From: Chiloscyllium plagiosum
Taxonomy: Eukaryota
DNA: 64,000 bases
Direction of reading: 5' to 3'
NCBI RefSeq assembly: GCF_004010195.1
Contig: NC_057714.1
Coordinates: forward strand, 76,835,456-76,899,455
Under the pieces are notes generated by a model that was not told where the DNA came from, searched no databases, and saw nothing but the letters and a program-made list of their open reading frames with translations. Below are positions 61,301-64,000 of this stretch, in pieces. Position numbers and translations under genes: made by a program. Position 1 is the stretch's first letter. Each line of letters opens with the position of its first letter.

Positions 61301-63700
61301 TTTTTTTCTGGCCAGATACGCCATATACCTACCCGGTTTATCACCATACTCGAATAACCTCTGTTTCACAAAGAAAGTATCCCTCTTTGCTAATTCTGAG
61401 CAGTTCTGAGGGCTGTAACCAACTGCAACTTGGTTACAGACGGTCTGTCAAAGTATGCTAACTCAGCTGCCTTCAACTGGGCCTTGAGCAAACACTGCTG
61501 ATCTCCCCTCTGCTGCTTCTGAGTCATCAAGTAAGAAATAATCAAACCCATTGTATAGGCCTTGGCAGTCTCCCAGAGCACTGATGGGTTATCTGAATTA
61601 ATGTCCCAGATTTAAATTTCTACAAAAAAAAGTGTATAAAGTTGCTATCCTTCAGGAGGAAAGGATCCATGTGCCACTGCCACAAGCTTGTCCCGTTACC
61701 ACCAGCCTTGACCTCCATGTACACTGCCACATGATCAGAAACGGCTATGTTCCCAATTCTATAGGTCAGCACCGAATTCAAAAAGGCCAATGGGGCAAAA
61801 AAAAAAGGTCAATCTTAGTGTACCACTTGGGTGGCGAAGAAAACAAAAGGTGAAGTCCCTACCTTCAGGGTGGAGACATCTCCACATGTGCACCAACCCC
61901 AGCTCCCTGTTCAGGTCCACCAGCTACCTGGATTCTGGGGATATGCCCGCAAGACCCCTAGGCATCCTATCCACCTCAGGGTCCATAAGTCGGTTAAACT
62001 CTCCCCGTATAATTGTATGACCCGCCTCCAAGGGCCGTCAACCTGGAGAGCACATCCGATAAGAGTTTGAGGGGGTGTATGGGGGACAATGCACATTCAA
62101 GATCCCGTATTCCTCTCCATGTATTAAAGCTTTAAGGATCAAAAACCGCCCATATTTGTCCTTAATTTGGTCTAACAACTGAAATGGCAGATTCTTCTGA
62201 ATGAGTTATAGTTACTCCTCTACTTTTCGAATTAAAGAATGACAAAAATACCTGACCGAACCTTCCCTGCTGTAACTTTAAGCACTTCCTATCAGTTACA
62301 TGTGTTTCTTGCAGCAAGGCTACTTCAATCCTTTCCTTTCTAAGGCTTGAAAGTATCATTTTTCTCTTAATCGGTGAATGACTCCCCTTGATGCTCCAGG
62401 TGCACCTATTAAACAAGCAGTTTGCCGTAGCCATCTGAAGCAGCCCATGACTCCTGGGAGGAAGAACCCCGTTTATAGCGCACCAAGTAAAAACAATAAA
62501 CAGTTTGTATAGACTTGAAAATACAGCATCAAAATCTACCAAATCAAAACTTCTAACAATTACTACTACAATAAACCAACATACAACACAAATAAAAGGA
62601 GGCTTCCCCCTTGCCCACAGGGGGTGGTCATGCTATCCATTAACCCCTCCATGGCTCCTTCTAGCTGAAGCTACACCCCAAACTCAGACAAAACAAAGTA
62701 TATAAAAGTCACACGCATCTTACAACAAAAAAATTGAAAGTGGCCATTCAACCCATCCCATCCGTACTTTGACCCTAGGCAATCCTGGTTTAAAAAAAAA
62801 TGAGCCTCCAACCCCCACTCGTAATAAAAAAAAGAAATGAAAAGCAAATGAGAGAAAAACAGAATAACGGGAGGAGAGGAACAAGGGAGAGGAGAGAGAA
62901 AGAGAAAAAAGGGAAGACCCCCACATATTAAAAAGATAAAACCAGGTAAACCAGCAAACTACAGAAAAAACATGAACACTATTGTCTATATTATTTGAGC
63001 CAGCCAGTCTATTTTAAGTTGTCCAGAAGTCCTTTGCCTTTTCCAATGAGTCAAAATTAAATGCAGACCCTCCATGGCTGAATCGTAATATTGCCAGATA
63101 TCTTATAGAGTACTGAATATTCAAGTCCCCCAGCCTCTGTTTTACATCATCAAAGACCTTCCTCTTATAGATCATGGCCACAGAAAAGTCTGGAAAGAAC
63201 AGATTTCTTGATCCTTTATATATGAGAGCCTGTGGATCCTTCCCCTGTGCTCTAACAGCTTCTAGCACCATTTGCTTGTCTCTATTACGCTGGAGTTGCA
63301 CTAGGACCGGGCGAGGGTGCTGGTCTGATCCGGGACTGCGCACTGCAACCCGTTGGGCCCATTCAACCTGCACCCAGAATCTGATCAGCTGCCTCCCTCT
63401 TCTCGCTCCGGCAGCCCAATCAGGCGGATATTTTTCTGACGGCCTCGATTTTCGAAGTCATCAACCTGTTCGCTTAAGGCCCGTACCTGCGATTCCAGGG
63501 TCTGGACCTGGCCCTCAAGATTCCACGGTGGTTTCAGAGGCTGCGGTCCGTTGCTTCACTTCACGATACATTGCCCGAGATACTGGATCTCCTGGTCATG
63601 CATGGGTCAGATCGGTTCCAGCCTGGCCTGGGTCTCCTCCTTCGCTGAATTGATCTTCTCTCGGAATTTCCCAAACTCCAAGACCAGGCTCTTGAATCAT
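58320..63700 (-). mobile_element. Near-full-length, frameshifted L1-clade LINE (ORF1 plus ORF2)
   Basis: ORF1 PRPVLVQL..FFPDFS..KRKVF..YSIRY; APE TWSIKGSHSPIKRK..ALLQETH; RT SGKANGPNGF..YRPISLLNMDLKI..DQTGF, YADE, FSGYKINFMKS; AATAAA and A-tail near 58320-58345. Confidence 0.92.
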
Positions 63701-64000
63701 ACTTGTGCCCCATTGTTAATCTTAACTACTCTGAGGAACTAAATCCTACTTACTAACGTACATCTCCTCTCTGCAGTTTCTATGTTTGCTTCCTGTAAAC
63801 ACACCTGAGGCATAATTCAGGACCAATCGCTATTACTGTAGCTGCTCTTAACCTTAGAAACATTATGGTCTTCCAACCCATTGGGGGAGAAAGACAGTAA
63901 CAAAAATTATTGCTTGGAAATGAACGTACTGGTCATATGGGAACTGCACCTTGAGGCATATAAGGTGAAACAGACCAGTCTATGTTATTGGTAAGTTTTA

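Noticed and set aside
31004-64000. Search for PLXDC2 exon 3 (EDTDHNYY..) and, upstream, the signal-peptide exon 1
   Set aside because: No matching frame was seen by eye on the plus strand; these exons probably lie outside the window, though a tBLASTn would be needed to exclude a miss.

Overview
This is vertebrate genomic DNA, most likely from a cartilaginous fish: the HE1-type V-SINEs, HER1/CR1 LINEs and SacSINE1-like DeuSINEs point to a shark, possibly a carpet shark (inference from the repeats only). The window appears to be intronic sequence around one recognisable coding exon, at about 30804-31003 (+). Its peptide (HRWKR..KSVDTNRAS..NDTKIE) matches the second coding exon of PLXDC2; exons 1 and 3 were not found. 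The rest is mostly transposable-element debris: many HE1 SINEs; CR1/HER1, Rex1, RTE and L1 LINE remnants; a decayed Gmr1-like Gypsy; solo LTRs; and Tc1/mariner-type and Mutator-like MITEs. At least four Penelope-like families are present, whose termini carry minimal hammerhead-ribozyme motifs and often form fold-back hairpins with 8-17 bp target-site duplications (TSDs). Notable structures are a five-level nested insertion (48.8-56 kb), a LINE with a tRNA-like head shared with a bipartite SINE, an in-frame alternative acceptor or signal-peptide-like start at the PLXDC2 exon, and inverted SINEs flanking that exon. All family assignments come from motif recognition, not database searches, and many boundaries are approximate.
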